A stretch of 64,000 nt of DNA, taken from positions 19,090-83,089 of the IMG/VR virus record IMGVR_UViG_3300020421_000007; one strand, 5' to 3'. The position numbers and the translations under genes are program-made. Positions 27,562-36,464 of the stretch are shown one piece after another. A model generated the notes under the pieces. It ran no database searches, was not told the DNA's origin, and saw only the letters and a list, made by a program, of their open reading frames with translations. Position 1 is the first letter of the stretch. Every line of letters begins with the position of its first letter. This DNA comes from a virus.

Positions 27562-29206
27562 AGAATTTGTAGAAAATATTTTTATTCCCTTTCTAATTGA
27601 GTATAGGGAATATATTTTTGATTTATATTTTACCTGTAGAATGCCTCCTTTTACACAGGACGCTATGGGAGATCTTTTTGGTAATCCAAAAGATACAACT
27701 TTTAGTGCCTTGTATATTTCAAACAAGACAGGTATTCCTTTGTCTGCTACATTTAATAATATCTACATTAGACCAGATCAAGAAACTTTAGATTTGTTTA
27801 TTAAAAATTTTAAGTATGTTTATGATAAGGGTGTGAGAATTGCTACTATTCCACACACCTCTTGGTTGATGACTGGACAAATTCAAAAAGCATTTCCAGA
27901 TCTTTTTATTAAAAATACTATTTTGCGAGAAGTTACAAGACCAAATGAAATTGTATCTCTAGCAAAAGCAGGTTTTCACTATATCAATTTAGATAGAGAT
28001 TTGATGCGTGATAGAGATCAACTTGTAGCAATTAAAGAAGCAAAAGACTACTGTGAATCTATTGGCAAACCAGTAAAGATTTCTTTGCTTGCCAATGAAA
28101 ATTGCTGGGGTGGGTGTCCCATTATGCCAGAACATTATCATTATAACAACACCAGAAGTGGAGACAATCCAGAATATTTTGCTGATGCTATTAGTAGAAT
28201 CTCATGTTCTTCTTGGGACATTCACGATTCTTCATCTCCCCTAAAAGCAGCAATTCTACCTCCATGGAAAGAAGACTGGGAGGAATTTATTGATTTGGGT
28301 ATTGATGTTTTTAAAATGCATGGTAGGGAGTCTGCCACAAGACTCAAAGAAAGCATGGACATCATTGAGAACTGGGCAGATGAAAAAGAATATTTGTTTC
28401 CAAATTTTGATGAGTTTATTCATGACATCCACATCGAAAATAAACCTATCAATATATGGAGAGAAAAAATTAAATCATGTAAATTTGATTGTTGGAAATG
28501 TAATTACTGCGAATCTGTAATTGAATCTAGAAAGAAAAAATATCACAGAGACAATCATAAGTATGTCTATCATGTTTTAGATTCTTTAGATAAATCAGGA
28601 AGATACGAATCTAAATTTGATGCTGAGTCTTACGATATCGAAGGATTAACTTCTGATAGAGTTAGGCATTTTTTAAATAACCTTTGCTCTATAGAAGAAG
28701 CAAAGTATTTGGAGGTGGGTTCATATGCTGGCAGCACTTTTTTTGCTGCTACTATGAACAATGATATTCCATCATTTGCTGTCGATAATTATATTTGTAA
28801 TGTATCTCCAGCAAGATTAGATGTTAAATGGAATGGATACTCTGCTCCAAAAAAGAAGTTCTTAAACAACAGAAAAAAATATAAGTCGGGAAAACTTATC
28901 GATAAACATATTCAAGATGTTAACTTGTTTGATCTAAAAAACACTAAAGTTAATGTTGTATTTTATGACGGAAGTCATGAATATAAAGATCAACAGAAAG
29001 CATTAGAAACAGTTTTACCACTAGTTGAAGATACATTTATTTTAGTTATCGATGACGCAAATTTCAAAGATGTGGTAGAATCTGCTAAGCAGTTTATATC
29101 TGATAATAAATTGACCTCTTTATATGAAAACCAACTTCTCACTACTAAGTATGAAGATTCTACCAGTTGGTGGAACGGTTTGTTTGTGGCGGTTTTAAAA
29201 AAATGA
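27503..29206 (+). CDS. Peptidase-U32-like Fe-S domain fused to class I SAM methyltransferase (Methyltransf_24-like)
   Basis: INLDRDLMRD, LLANENCWGGCP, GIDVFKMHGRE, CKFDCWKCNYC; then YLEVGSYAGST, FYDGSH, ILVIDD. Confidence 0.7.
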   Translation: MPPNHPHQVFSLPINPKLPEEFVENIFIPFLIEYREYIFDLYFTCRMPPFTQDAMGDLFGNPKDTTFSALYISNKTGIPLSATFNNIYIRPDQETLDLFIKNFKYVYDKGVRIATIPHTSWLMTGQIQKAFPDLFIKNTILREVTRPNEIVSLAKAGFHYINLDRDLMRDRDQLVAIKEAKDYCESIGKPVKISLLANENCWGGCPIMPEHYHYNNTRSGDNPEYFADAISRISCSSWDIHDSSSPLKAAILPPWKEDWEEFIDLGIDVFKMHGRESATRLKESMDIIENWADEKEYLFPNFDEFIHDIHIENKPINIWREKIKSCKFDCWKCNYCESVIESRKKKYHRDNHKYVYHVLDSLDKSGRYESKFDAESYDIEGLTSDRVRHFLNNLCSIEEAKYLEVGSYAGSTFFAATMNNDIPSFAVDNYICNVSPARLDVKWNGYSAPKKKFLNNRKKYKSGKLIDKHIQDVNLFDLKNTKVNVVFYDGSHEYKDQQKALETVLPLVEDTFILVIDDANFKDVVESAKQFISDNKLTSLYENQLLTTKYEDSTSWWNGLFVAVLKK

Positions 29207-29853
29207 AACTATACGATCTTTTTCCTAATCCAATTTTTGGAATAGAATATCCGCATCATAAAAAATTGAAAGAAATAATTTTCAATGTGATGGAAGAAAA
29301 CAAAGATAACTTTGAGGTCAATGGACAGTCTTCTAATCTACAACATCTTAATAACAAATTAAGTGAATCTATTTTACACGAAGAACCATTTGAAAGTTTT
29401 AGAGAATGGGTAGAAGAGTCATGTTCGGATTATGTAAGTGATTGTCTTGGATATAATTTGCCAGACAAAATGATGGTTACTGACAGTTGGTTAAATAAAT
29501 GTGACAAGGGTGGATCTCAACATCCACACTATCATTCAAATGCATACATTTCTGGAACTTATTATGTAAACTTTGAAGAAGGTCATTCTCCTCTTATGTT
29601 TAATAAAAGATCAGCATTACTTTTTCCAAATCATCCGACGATTGTTCTGGCAGAAAATGATGATTTTATCACTAAGTATAATACTGACTCTGCTGTATAT
29701 CCAGAAGAGGGAGAACTATATTTGTGGCAGTCTCAAATGACACATAGTGTGCCTGAGAATGGAAAAGATAATCGTGTAAGTCTTTCTATGAATTTTATGC
29801 CAAATGTTGTAAGTAATACAAGATATGGTTTTAGAGTGGAGTATGCGAAGTGA
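29203..29853 (+). CDS. 2OG-Fe(II) oxygenase-like protein (TIGR02466-type)
   Basis: LFPNPI, SWLN...HPHYH...ISGTYY...EGELYLW..QMTHSV...RVSLSMN. ATG at 29203 overlaps the upstream stop (ATGA). Confidence 0.8.
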   Translation: MKLYDLFPNPIFGIEYPHHKKLKEIIFNVMEENKDNFEVNGQSSNLQHLNNKLSESILHEEPFESFREWVEESCSDYVSDCLGYNLPDKMMVTDSWLNKCDKGGSQHPHYHSNAYISGTYYVNFEEGHSPLMFNKRSALLFPNHPTIVLAENDDFITKYNTDSAVYPEEGELYLWQSQMTHSVPENGKDNRVSLSMNFMPNVVSNTRYGFRVEYAK

Positions 29854-30635
29854 TTGACTACAATGATATCGTAGAGAGATTCCCAGAAAATAAATGGGAT
29901 ATTGGATTGCTTAAGGGGACAGAATACAAAAAAGTTTTGAACTCACCTGTAAAAGCAGCGTGTCATTTTAAAGGTGAGATGTTGACCAATCGTTTACAAG
30001 CACCTTACCAATCAGATAACACTTTAGTCTTCGCTAGATTATCAGAACATGCTGCCGATTATTCTCTCTATGAAGAAGCGGCAAGTTATCTTTCAGATTA
30101 CATTGAACAAGGAAAATGTGTTCAAGTATATGTAAATTTTAAAGAAGCGGCAATACAATCTGGACTTGGTGTTAGAGCTAAAAACTCTTTGATATACAAT
30201 AAAAAATTTGGATTTCAATGTAAGTTATGTGCATTTACATTTTTAGATGATCTAGCAAATGCCCCAGAACCACAAATAAACAAAGGACAATTAGATCTTT
30301 GTGAAGGGTGTGATGACTGTATCAAACACTGTCCAGCAAATGCTATCCATGAAGATTTTATTGATGGTAATGCTTGCGATACTTTTGTTGGAGTTGGAAA
30401 TAGTTCAGATCAAATGTCAATCAAATGGTTTTGGTATGAGTTAGTTAAACCAAATATTCCTAAAGAAGTTGTTGAGTCTTGGAATACCTTGGAAGATTTT
30501 AAAAATATTGTTTGGGATAATGGGTATGAGATGACTCCAAATGGATTAATGAAAGATGGAGAAGTAATTCCTATGCCACTCTGTAGAATGTGTCAACAAC
30601 AACCAAGATGTAGTAAAATACCTGTATTATTATGA
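29850..30635 (+). CDS. QueG/reductive-dehalogenase-like 2x[4Fe-4S] protein
   Basis: KEAAIQSGLGVRAKNSL...FG, CEGCDDCIKHCP, IDGNAC, CRMCQQQPRC; GTGA start/stop overlap. Confidence 0.65.
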   Translation: MIDYNDIVERFPENKWDIGLLKGTEYKKVLNSPVKAACHFKGEMLTNRLQAPYQSDNTLVFARLSEHAADYSLYEEAASYLSDYIEQGKCVQVYVNFKEAAIQSGLGVRAKNSLIYNKKFGFQCKLCAFTFLDDLANAPEPQINKGQLDLCEGCDDCIKHCPANAIHEDFIDGNACDTFVGVGNSSDQMSIKWFWYELVKPNIPKEVVESWNTLEDFKNIVWDNGYEMTPNGLMKDGEVIPMPLCRMCQQQPRCSKIPVLL

Positions 30636-31252
30636 TGTTAAATATTGGACCATGGCACGTCAATCCATGTTTTTCTTTACCAGTTACATCAGCTGACATA
30701 GATTCTAATGTAAGTTTTCTTCTAAAAACTATGTCTAGAAAAATGGAATGGATTGAGGACAATCCAGATACAGGAATTAATGGATTTTATTCTAAAAATA
30801 GAAACGTATTAGATTCTGATTTGTCAATGAAAGAAGGATTAACTTCTATCTGTAAAGATTATATCGTAAATGCTTTATCATATAACACAGATATTAAAAT
30901 CACAACTTCTTGGTTTACAAAAACTTTAAAAGGTGGGCAGTGTGTGGAACATGCTCACTGCAACTCTTGGTTTAGTGCAGTTGTATATTTTGGGGACTAT
31001 GATGAAAAATCAGCACCACTAGTATTTTCAGTTGATCCTCCACAAATATTAGTACCAACATCTATGCCAAATTTTTTAAACTCATACAACTTGACAATTG
31101 AGTCAGAAAAGAATAAAATAATTATATTTCCCAGTCGTTTAAGGCACAAAGTTATTACACACAATTCAAATACTCCTAGGTATTCTCTTTCTTTTAACAT
31201 TATGCCTGTTGGAACAGTTGGGGAAGGAGACTCCAGTTACACATATAAATAA
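30632..31252 (+). CDS. 2OG-Fe(II) oxygenase-like protein (TIGR02466-type)
   Basis: SWF...HAHCNSWFSAVVY...IIFPSRLRHKV...RYSLSFN; ATGA overlap. Confidence 0.8.
   Translation: MMLNIGPWHVNPCFSLPVTSADIDSNVSFLLKTMSRKMEWIEDNPDTGINGFYSKNRNVLDSDLSMKEGLTSICKDYIVNALSYNTDIKITTSWFTKTLKGGQCVEHAHCNSWFSAVVYFGDYDEKSAPLVFSVDPPQILVPTSMPNFLNSYNLTIESEKNKIIIFPSRLRHKVITHNSNTPRYSLSFNIMPVGTVGEGDSSYTYK
31244..31251 (+). promoter_or_regulatory. T4-type late promoter
   Basis: Exact TATAAATA overlapping the upstream stop codon. Confidence 0.8.
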
Positions 31253-31277
31253 TCACACACATCATTCTTTATTAAAA

Positions 31278-31475
31278 ATGGACACTGACGCCCTTAAGAA
31301 AAATTTTGTCGAACAACTAGAACAAGCAGATAAGCAAATTGCTGAGTTGGAAACAAACCTTGTAAAAGCTAGAGAGTACAAACTAAAATTACAGGGGGGT
31401 TTGGAAACTTTGGAACTCCTCAATCCATCGGAAGAAGAATCAGCAGAAACAGCGCCTACTGAAGTAGCAGAATAA
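31278..31475 (+). CDS. Small conserved coiled-coil phage protein
   Basis: MDTDALKKNF...KLKLQGGLETLELL; ATG at 31278 lies downstream of the late promoter. Confidence 0.7.
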   Translation: MDTDALKKNFVEQLEQADKQIAELETNLVKAREYKLKLQGGLETLELLNPSEEESAETAPTEVAE

Positions 31476-31482
31476 CTATCAG

Positions 31483-31518
31483 ATCCCTTCTTCCTAAATA
31501 GGTAAGAAGGGATTTTTT
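31483..31518 (+). terminator. Terminator hairpin whose loop carries a late-promoter core
   Basis: ATCCCTTCTTCC-TAAATA-GGTAAGAAGGGAT followed by a T tract. Confidence 0.75.
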
Positions 31519-31525
31519 GTGTGTA

Positions 31526-32326
31526 ATGGCATCTCCAAGTTCTAGATCTGAACTCATCACTTATTGTAAGAGGCAACTTGGTGAACCTGTTCTCCAAGTA
31601 AACATTGATGATGAGCAAGTAAACAATGTAATTGATGATACGTATCAATTCTTTCAGGAGAACTGTTACAATGGTATGGAGAGGTGTTACCTAAGACACG
31701 AAATTAACGCTGATGATAAAACAAGATTTGATGGTAAAGTAACTACGACTGAAGGAACAACAAATTGGGAAGAGTCAACAAACTTTATTCCAATTCCAGA
31801 TCACGTTGTAGGTATTACCAAAGTATATGGTTTAGTTAGTAATTCAATTCGCTCTAATCTCTTCGGTGTTGAGTATCAACTATATCTAAATGATCTGTAT
31901 GCGTTTGGATCACTTGATATTCTCAATTATTATATGCATAAACAATATCTAGAAACTCTAGACATGGTTATGAACAATGGTTCATTCCAACAGTTTAGAT
32001 TTACACAACGCCGTGATCGTTTGTATCTTGATATCAATAAAGCATTTCTTAAAGAAGATACATTCTTAGTAATTGAAGCACATCGTTTACTCGATCCCAC
32101 AGATGCTACAGAGATGAACAATGATATGTTTGTCAAAAAGTATGCTACTGCTCTTATGAAGAGACAGTGGGGTCAGAACTTGATCAAGTATAATAATGTT
32201 CAATTACCTGGCGGTGTTACCCTTAACGGTAGAGAGATCTACACAGACGCACTAGCAGAAATTGAGAAAATCGAAAGCGAAGTTCTCAGTAAGTATGCTG
32301 TTCCACCAATGGATATGATCGGATAA
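31526..32326 (+). CDS. g13: Neck protein gp13
   Basis: RQLGEPVLQVNI...KRQWGQNLIKYNNVQLPGGVTLNG. Confidence 0.95.
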   Translation: MASPSSRSELITYCKRQLGEPVLQVNIDDEQVNNVIDDTYQFFQENCYNGMERCYLRHEINADDKTRFDGKVTTTEGTTNWEESTNFIPIPDHVVGITKVYGLVSNSIRSNLFGVEYQLYLNDLYAFGSLDILNYYMHKQYLETLDMVMNNGSFQQFRFTQRRDRLYLDINKAFLKEDTFLVIEAHRLLDPTDATEMNNDMFVKKYATALMKRQWGQNLIKYNNVQLPGGVTLNGREIYTDALAEIEKIESEVLSKYAVPPMDMIG

Positions 32327-32327
32327 A

Positions 32328-33449
32328 ATGCCTACCAGTCCCTACTTTCCAACTTACTACGCAGGTCACAGTGGCGAACAAGGTCTTGTTCAGGATCTTG
32401 TGGATGAACAAATTAAACTGTTTGGTACAGACATATACTATATCCCTAGAGTAGTTTTACAAGACAACACTCTAGATGAAGTTAGATACTCAAAATATCA
32501 GGAGCAGTTTCAAATTGAGATGTTGCTTCAGAACGTCATGGGTTTTGGTGACAATGCTGAGTTCATCTCTAAATTTGGTTTAAGAATTACAGACGAGATT
32601 ATCTTTCGTGTGTCTACAAGACGATGGACAGAAGAGGTAGCAGAGCATAATCCCAACCTAACAGTAGATAGCAGACCTAATGAGGGAGATCTATTGTATT
32701 TCCCATTAACACAAGACATCTACGAAATCAAATTTGTTGGCAAGGAAGAACCATTCTTCCAGTTTGGTAAGATTCAATTCTATGCTATCACTGCTGAAAT
32801 CTATGAGGTTGGTAGTGATAATTTTGACACTGGAGTGGCAGAAATTGATGATGTAGAGCAACTCTTCGATACTTCTATTAAACTCTTTATGGATCCTGGT
32901 GGTACAGGAGACTTCACTGTAGGTGAGGAGGTAGTTGGTGATGAATTTCTTGCAAAAGCTACAGCAACTATTACTGGTGACGCTGTAACTGCTATAACTA
33001 TTAATGATGGTGGTTCACATTATAAAGTTGCTACACCACCATCAGTAACTATTACAGGAGACGGAAGTGGTGCTACTGCGACTGCTACAGTCAGTTCTAC
33101 TGGTATTGTTAATGGTATTACTATCACAAGTGGTGGGAGCGGTTATAGTTCTGCGCCTACTGTTGTCATTGACTACTCCCCCAAAGACAATAGAGCAGAA
33201 GTCAAGTCCTGGGATAGCACAACCAGAGCTCTTGAAGTCTACAACAGAACAGGAACCTTTACTACTGCTGAAGTAATTACTGGTCTAACCTCTGGTGCCA
33301 AGTGGAGTCCTGAGACATTCGACACTCTAAATAATACAAATAGCAACTACGATCAAAACAGACAGATCGAAGATAGTGCGGATAATATTATTGATTGGAC
33401 GGAAGGAAATCCGTTTGGTGAATATGGTAATCAGACAGGTAGCTTCTAA
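32328..33449 (+). CDS. g14: Neck protein gp14
   Basis: LVDEQIKLFGTDIYYIPR, PNEGDLLYFP, PFFQFGK, EGNPFGE. Confidence 0.93.
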   Translation: MPTSPYFPTYYAGHSGEQGLVQDLVDEQIKLFGTDIYYIPRVVLQDNTLDEVRYSKYQEQFQIEMLLQNVMGFGDNAEFISKFGLRITDEIIFRVSTRRWTEEVAEHNPNLTVDSRPNEGDLLYFPLTQDIYEIKFVGKEEPFFQFGKIQFYAITAEIYEVGSDNFDTGVAEIDDVEQLFDTSIKLFMDPGGTGDFTVGEEVVGDEFLAKATATITGDAVTAITINDGGSHYKVATPPSVTITGDGSGATATATVSSTGIVNGITITSGGSGYSSAPTVVIDYSPKDNRAEVKSWDSTTRALEVYNRTGTFTTAEVITGLTSGAKWSPETFDTLNNTNSNYDQNRQIEDSADNIIDWTEGNPFGEYGNQTGSF

Positions 33450-34249
33450 TGTTAGGATCACATTTTTACAATTCAATTGTTCGTAAGAACATTATTGCGT
33501 TTGGCACGCTCTTCAATAACATTAATATGAAGAGTACAGATCCTACTACAGGAGATGTACTTGAGGAAATTAAAGTTCCTTTAGCATATGGACCTAAGCA
33601 AAAGTTTCTTGTTAGGTTAGAAGAAAACGCATCATCTAGTAAGGTAGCTATTACACTACCACGTCTCTACTTTGAGATGACAGGAATTGAATATGATTCT
33701 ACCCGTAAGACATCACCTATTCAAAAATACAAAACTGTCATCGATGGTAATGGTGATGAGGTCAGAGTTCAATATGTTCCTGTTCCCTACAATTTAAGTT
33801 TTGAACTGGGAGTTATTGCTAAGTCTCAAGACGATGCATTACAAATTGTAGAGCAAATTTTACCATATTTTCAACCTTCATTTTCCGTGACTCTTAATAT
33901 GATTCCAGATATGAATGAGAAAAAGGATGTTGCTATTGTACTTAACGGTATTAGTAGTGAAGATGAATGGGATGATAGTTTTCTGAACCGTAGATATATT
34001 ACATATACCTTAAACTTTACAATGAAGTCTTACCTCTACGGTCCTTACAATACTGCTGATGTTATCAAGAAAGCAATTATTCATGAAACGCTTGGAGACC
34101 TTTCAGTCAACCGCAGAACTATTACTAGAACATATACACCTAAAGCAAAAACAGATATCAATACAGATGGTGTCATCGATGTAAATGATGATGCCCTAGT
34201 TGATGCTGGTGATGACTTTGGATTTAATGAAGGAATTCAATTCTTATGA
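33449..34249 (+). CDS. g15: Tail terminator/sheath stabiliser gp15
   Basis: HFYNSIVRKNIIAFGTLFNNI, KVPLAYGPKQKF, QIVEQILPYFQP. Confidence 0.95.
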   Translation: MLGSHFYNSIVRKNIIAFGTLFNNINMKSTDPTTGDVLEEIKVPLAYGPKQKFLVRLEENASSSKVAITLPRLYFEMTGIEYDSTRKTSPIQKYKTVIDGNGDEVRVQYVPVPYNLSFELGVIAKSQDDALQIVEQILPYFQPSFSVTLNMIPDMNEKKDVAIVLNGISSEDEWDDSFLNRRYITYTLNFTMKSYLYGPYNTADVIKKAIIHETLGDLSVNRRTITRTYTPKAKTDINTDGVIDVNDDALVDAGDDFGFNEGIQFL

Positions 34250-34659
34250 GTAACCTAGAAGAGAACATGGAGGAGATCCTCAACATTAGTGCTGAACCTA
34301 TTGAGGAATCCAAACCATCTAAACCAGTTCCACCTAAGGTGGATGAGGAAGATCGTGAGAAAGATTATCGATATACCAGGGGTGAGTTATACTCGCTCAT
34401 AGACAAGGGTCAGGAGGCGGTTAACGGTGCCTTAGAGGTCGCTCAGGAGTCAGGGCACCCAAGAGCGTATGAAGTTGCTGTAGCGGCAATGAAGCACGTC
34501 GCAGACATGACTGAGAAACTCCAAGATCTACACAAGAAAATGAAGGATCTTGACGAAGAAAAGAAAGGTCCGTCTAAGGTAACTAACAATGCTATGTTTG
34601 TAGGATCTACAGCAGAACTACAGAAGATGCTCAAGGAGATGGGCGGGGGTAAACGCTAA
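34246..34659 (+). CDS. g16: Terminase small subunit gp16
   Basis: DYRYTRGELY, HPRAYEV, NNAMFVGSTAELQKML. Confidence 0.95.
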   Translation: MSNLEENMEEILNISAEPIEESKPSKPVPPKVDEEDREKDYRYTRGELYSLIDKGQEAVNGALEVAQESGHPRAYEVAVAAMKHVADMTEKLQDLHKKMKDLDEEKKGPSKVTNNAMFVGSTAELQKMLKEMGGGKR

Positions 34660-34687
34660 ATAGATTCGTAAACCCTCGTCGGTTATC

Positions 34688-35110
34688 ATGAGAGATTATA
34701 AAGAACTAAAAGAACTCTGTGAAGCAAAGCGCGGTCTCTACGCAAATATCCACGCTAAACGAAAAAGAGGAGAAGCTCCTGCGCGTCCTGGTAGTAAGGA
34801 CTACCCCGCGAAGGATGCTTTCAAAAAGGCGGCGAGGACTGCCAAAGAAAGTTTTGAACTCGAAGAAGCAGCCTGGACAAAAAAAGCAGGCAAAAATAAA
34901 GAAGGAGGTCTCAATGAAAAGGGACGGAAATCTTACGAAAGAGAAAATCCTGGATCTGACCTTAAAGCACCAAGCAAGAAGGTTGGAAATCCCCGTCGCG
35001 CATCGTTCTGCGCTAGAATGAAGGGCATGAAGAAAAAGTTGACCTCCAAAAAAACCGCTAACGACAAAGATAGTCGTATCAATAAGTCTCTACGTGCGTG
35101 GAATTGCTGA
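34688..35110 (+). CDS. Basic phage protein (DUF6321-like)
   Basis: GLYANIHAKRKR, GGLNEKGRKSY...NPRRASFCARM; CTAAATA late motif at 34656-34662. Confidence 0.7.
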   Translation: MRDYKELKELCEAKRGLYANIHAKRKRGEAPARPGSKDYPAKDAFKKAARTAKESFELEEAAWTKKAGKNKEGGLNEKGRKSYERENPGSDLKAPSKKVGNPRRASFCARMKGMKKKLTSKKTANDKDSRINKSLRAWNC

Positions 35111-35189
35111 CATAACATGTAAAAACATTGTTAAGTTAGCGTAAAATTACTTAGTGAATCTATAATTAGTTATGAGTTCTGATATAAAA

Positions 35190-35336
35190 ATGCGTTTGAA
35201 TGACAACGATCTCACACGTCTTATTACCGCTTGTAAACTCTACCAAGAGCGTACAGGATCTGAGTGGATGTGGGAACAATATGATGATTTGATTAATAAA
35301 CTCAGAGCTTATAAAGAAAATTATTCCACGGACTGA
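35190..35336 (+). CDS. Small hypothetical protein (48 aa)
   Basis: MRLNDNDLTRLITACKLYQERTGSEWMWEQYDDLINKLRAYKENYSTD; stop overlaps the petE ATG; below the ORF-track cutoff. Confidence 0.7.
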   Translation: MRLNDNDLTRLITACKLYQERTGSEWMWEQYDDLINKLRAYKENYSTD

Positions 35337-35659
35337 TGAAATTTCTATTTGCGTTCTTAGCAACGCTATTTCTTGCTGCCCCCGCATGGGCAGTCGATGT
35401 AACGATGGGTTCAAATGGCAATCTAGTATTTGAACCAAACGACATTACAATTTCAGCAGGAGATACTGTTCATTTTGTGAACGGTATGCTACCTCCACAT
35501 AACATTATTGTTGAAGGTCGTGCTGACCTCAGCAGAGAATCATTGATGTTTAATCCTGGTGAATCACAAGACATTAAGTTTGCTGATGCTGGAGACTACG
35601 ATTTCTTCTGTGGTCCTCACCAAGGTGCTGGAATGGTTGGTACAATTCATGTAGAGTAA
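35336..35659 (+). CDS. petE: Plastocyanin
   Basis: Signal peptide ending AWA; PHN and CGPHQGAGM type-1 copper ligands. Confidence 0.96.
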   Translation: MKFLFAFLATLFLAAPAWAVDVTMGSNGNLVFEPNDITISAGDTVHFVNGMLPPHNIIVEGRADLSRESLMFNPGESQDIKFADAGDYDFFCGPHQGAGMVGTIHVE

Positions 35660-36162
35660 TGAAAAAATTCAACAGTTTAGTTTTAGATTTCACTGTTGCA
35701 ATACTAGACTACCTCTATAGAGGTAGACATTTCCAACGTTTCTGGGTGCTTGAGGAGATTGCTCGGGCACCTTATTTTGCATTTTTAAGCGTATTGCATT
35801 TTCGTGAAAGCATGGGACTTCGTGGTCCTGAGCATTTATATCTAATGAAAACACACTTCGAGCAGTCAGTCAATGAGACAGAACATCTGGAGTACATGGA
35901 ATCTAGGGGCGGCAATGCTTATTGGGTGGATCGCTTTGTCGCCAGACACCTCGTACTTATCTACTATTGGAGCAACGTGGTTTATTACTGGGTGGCTCCT
36001 CGCCTTGCTTACCATTTGTCCTATGAAGTAGAAATCCACGCGGCAGAAACATATGCCAAATATCTAACTTATGAAGATTGGAATGATAAAAAAATTTGGG
36101 AGATTATGAATGACGAGATCCAACACTTCCAAGAATTACAGGAAGCAATGGAGATGATCTAA
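35659..36162 (+). CDS. ptoX: Plastoquinol terminal oxidase (PTOX)
   Basis: RFWVLEEIARAPYF, NETEHL, EVEIHA, DEIQH di-iron motifs. Confidence 0.95.
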   Translation: MKKFNSLVLDFTVAILDYLYRGRHFQRFWVLEEIARAPYFAFLSVLHFRESMGLRGPEHLYLMKTHFEQSVNETEHLEYMESRGGNAYWVDRFVARHLVLIYYWSNVVYYWVAPRLAYHLSYEVEIHAAETYAKYLTYEDWNDKKIWEIMNDEIQHFQELQEAMEMI

Positions 36163-36458
36163 TGTACAAAAACTACCCACCCGAGATGGAACCGCCCCAT
36201 CTAACAACAAAAGAAGAAGTTCAGGAGATGCTTGACGATATGGCACATCGAATGACAGAAATTAAACCACCACATTATACTACTGAAGAGCAAGTACAGG
36301 AGATGATTGACGATGCCATACGAAAACATAATCGCAATGCTGGAATTATCTCTATGTGTGTTGGGTGGGTTGTTCTCGCACTTTTTGCTGAGGGTCTGCT
36401 TCGACTTATTGGAGTAGTACCACCACTTTTTGATTGGCTAAATTTAAGTATACAATAA
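36162..36458 (+). CDS. Small membrane protein with internal duplication
   Basis: 98 aa; two PPHxTTxExVQEMxDD copies plus a C-terminal hydrophobic helix. Confidence 0.7.
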   Translation: MYKNYPPEMEPPHLTTKEEVQEMLDDMAHRMTEIKPPHYTTEEQVQEMIDDAIRKHNRNAGIISMCVGWVVLALFAEGLLRLIGVVPPLFDWLNLSIQ

Positions 36459-36464
36459 AAAACA

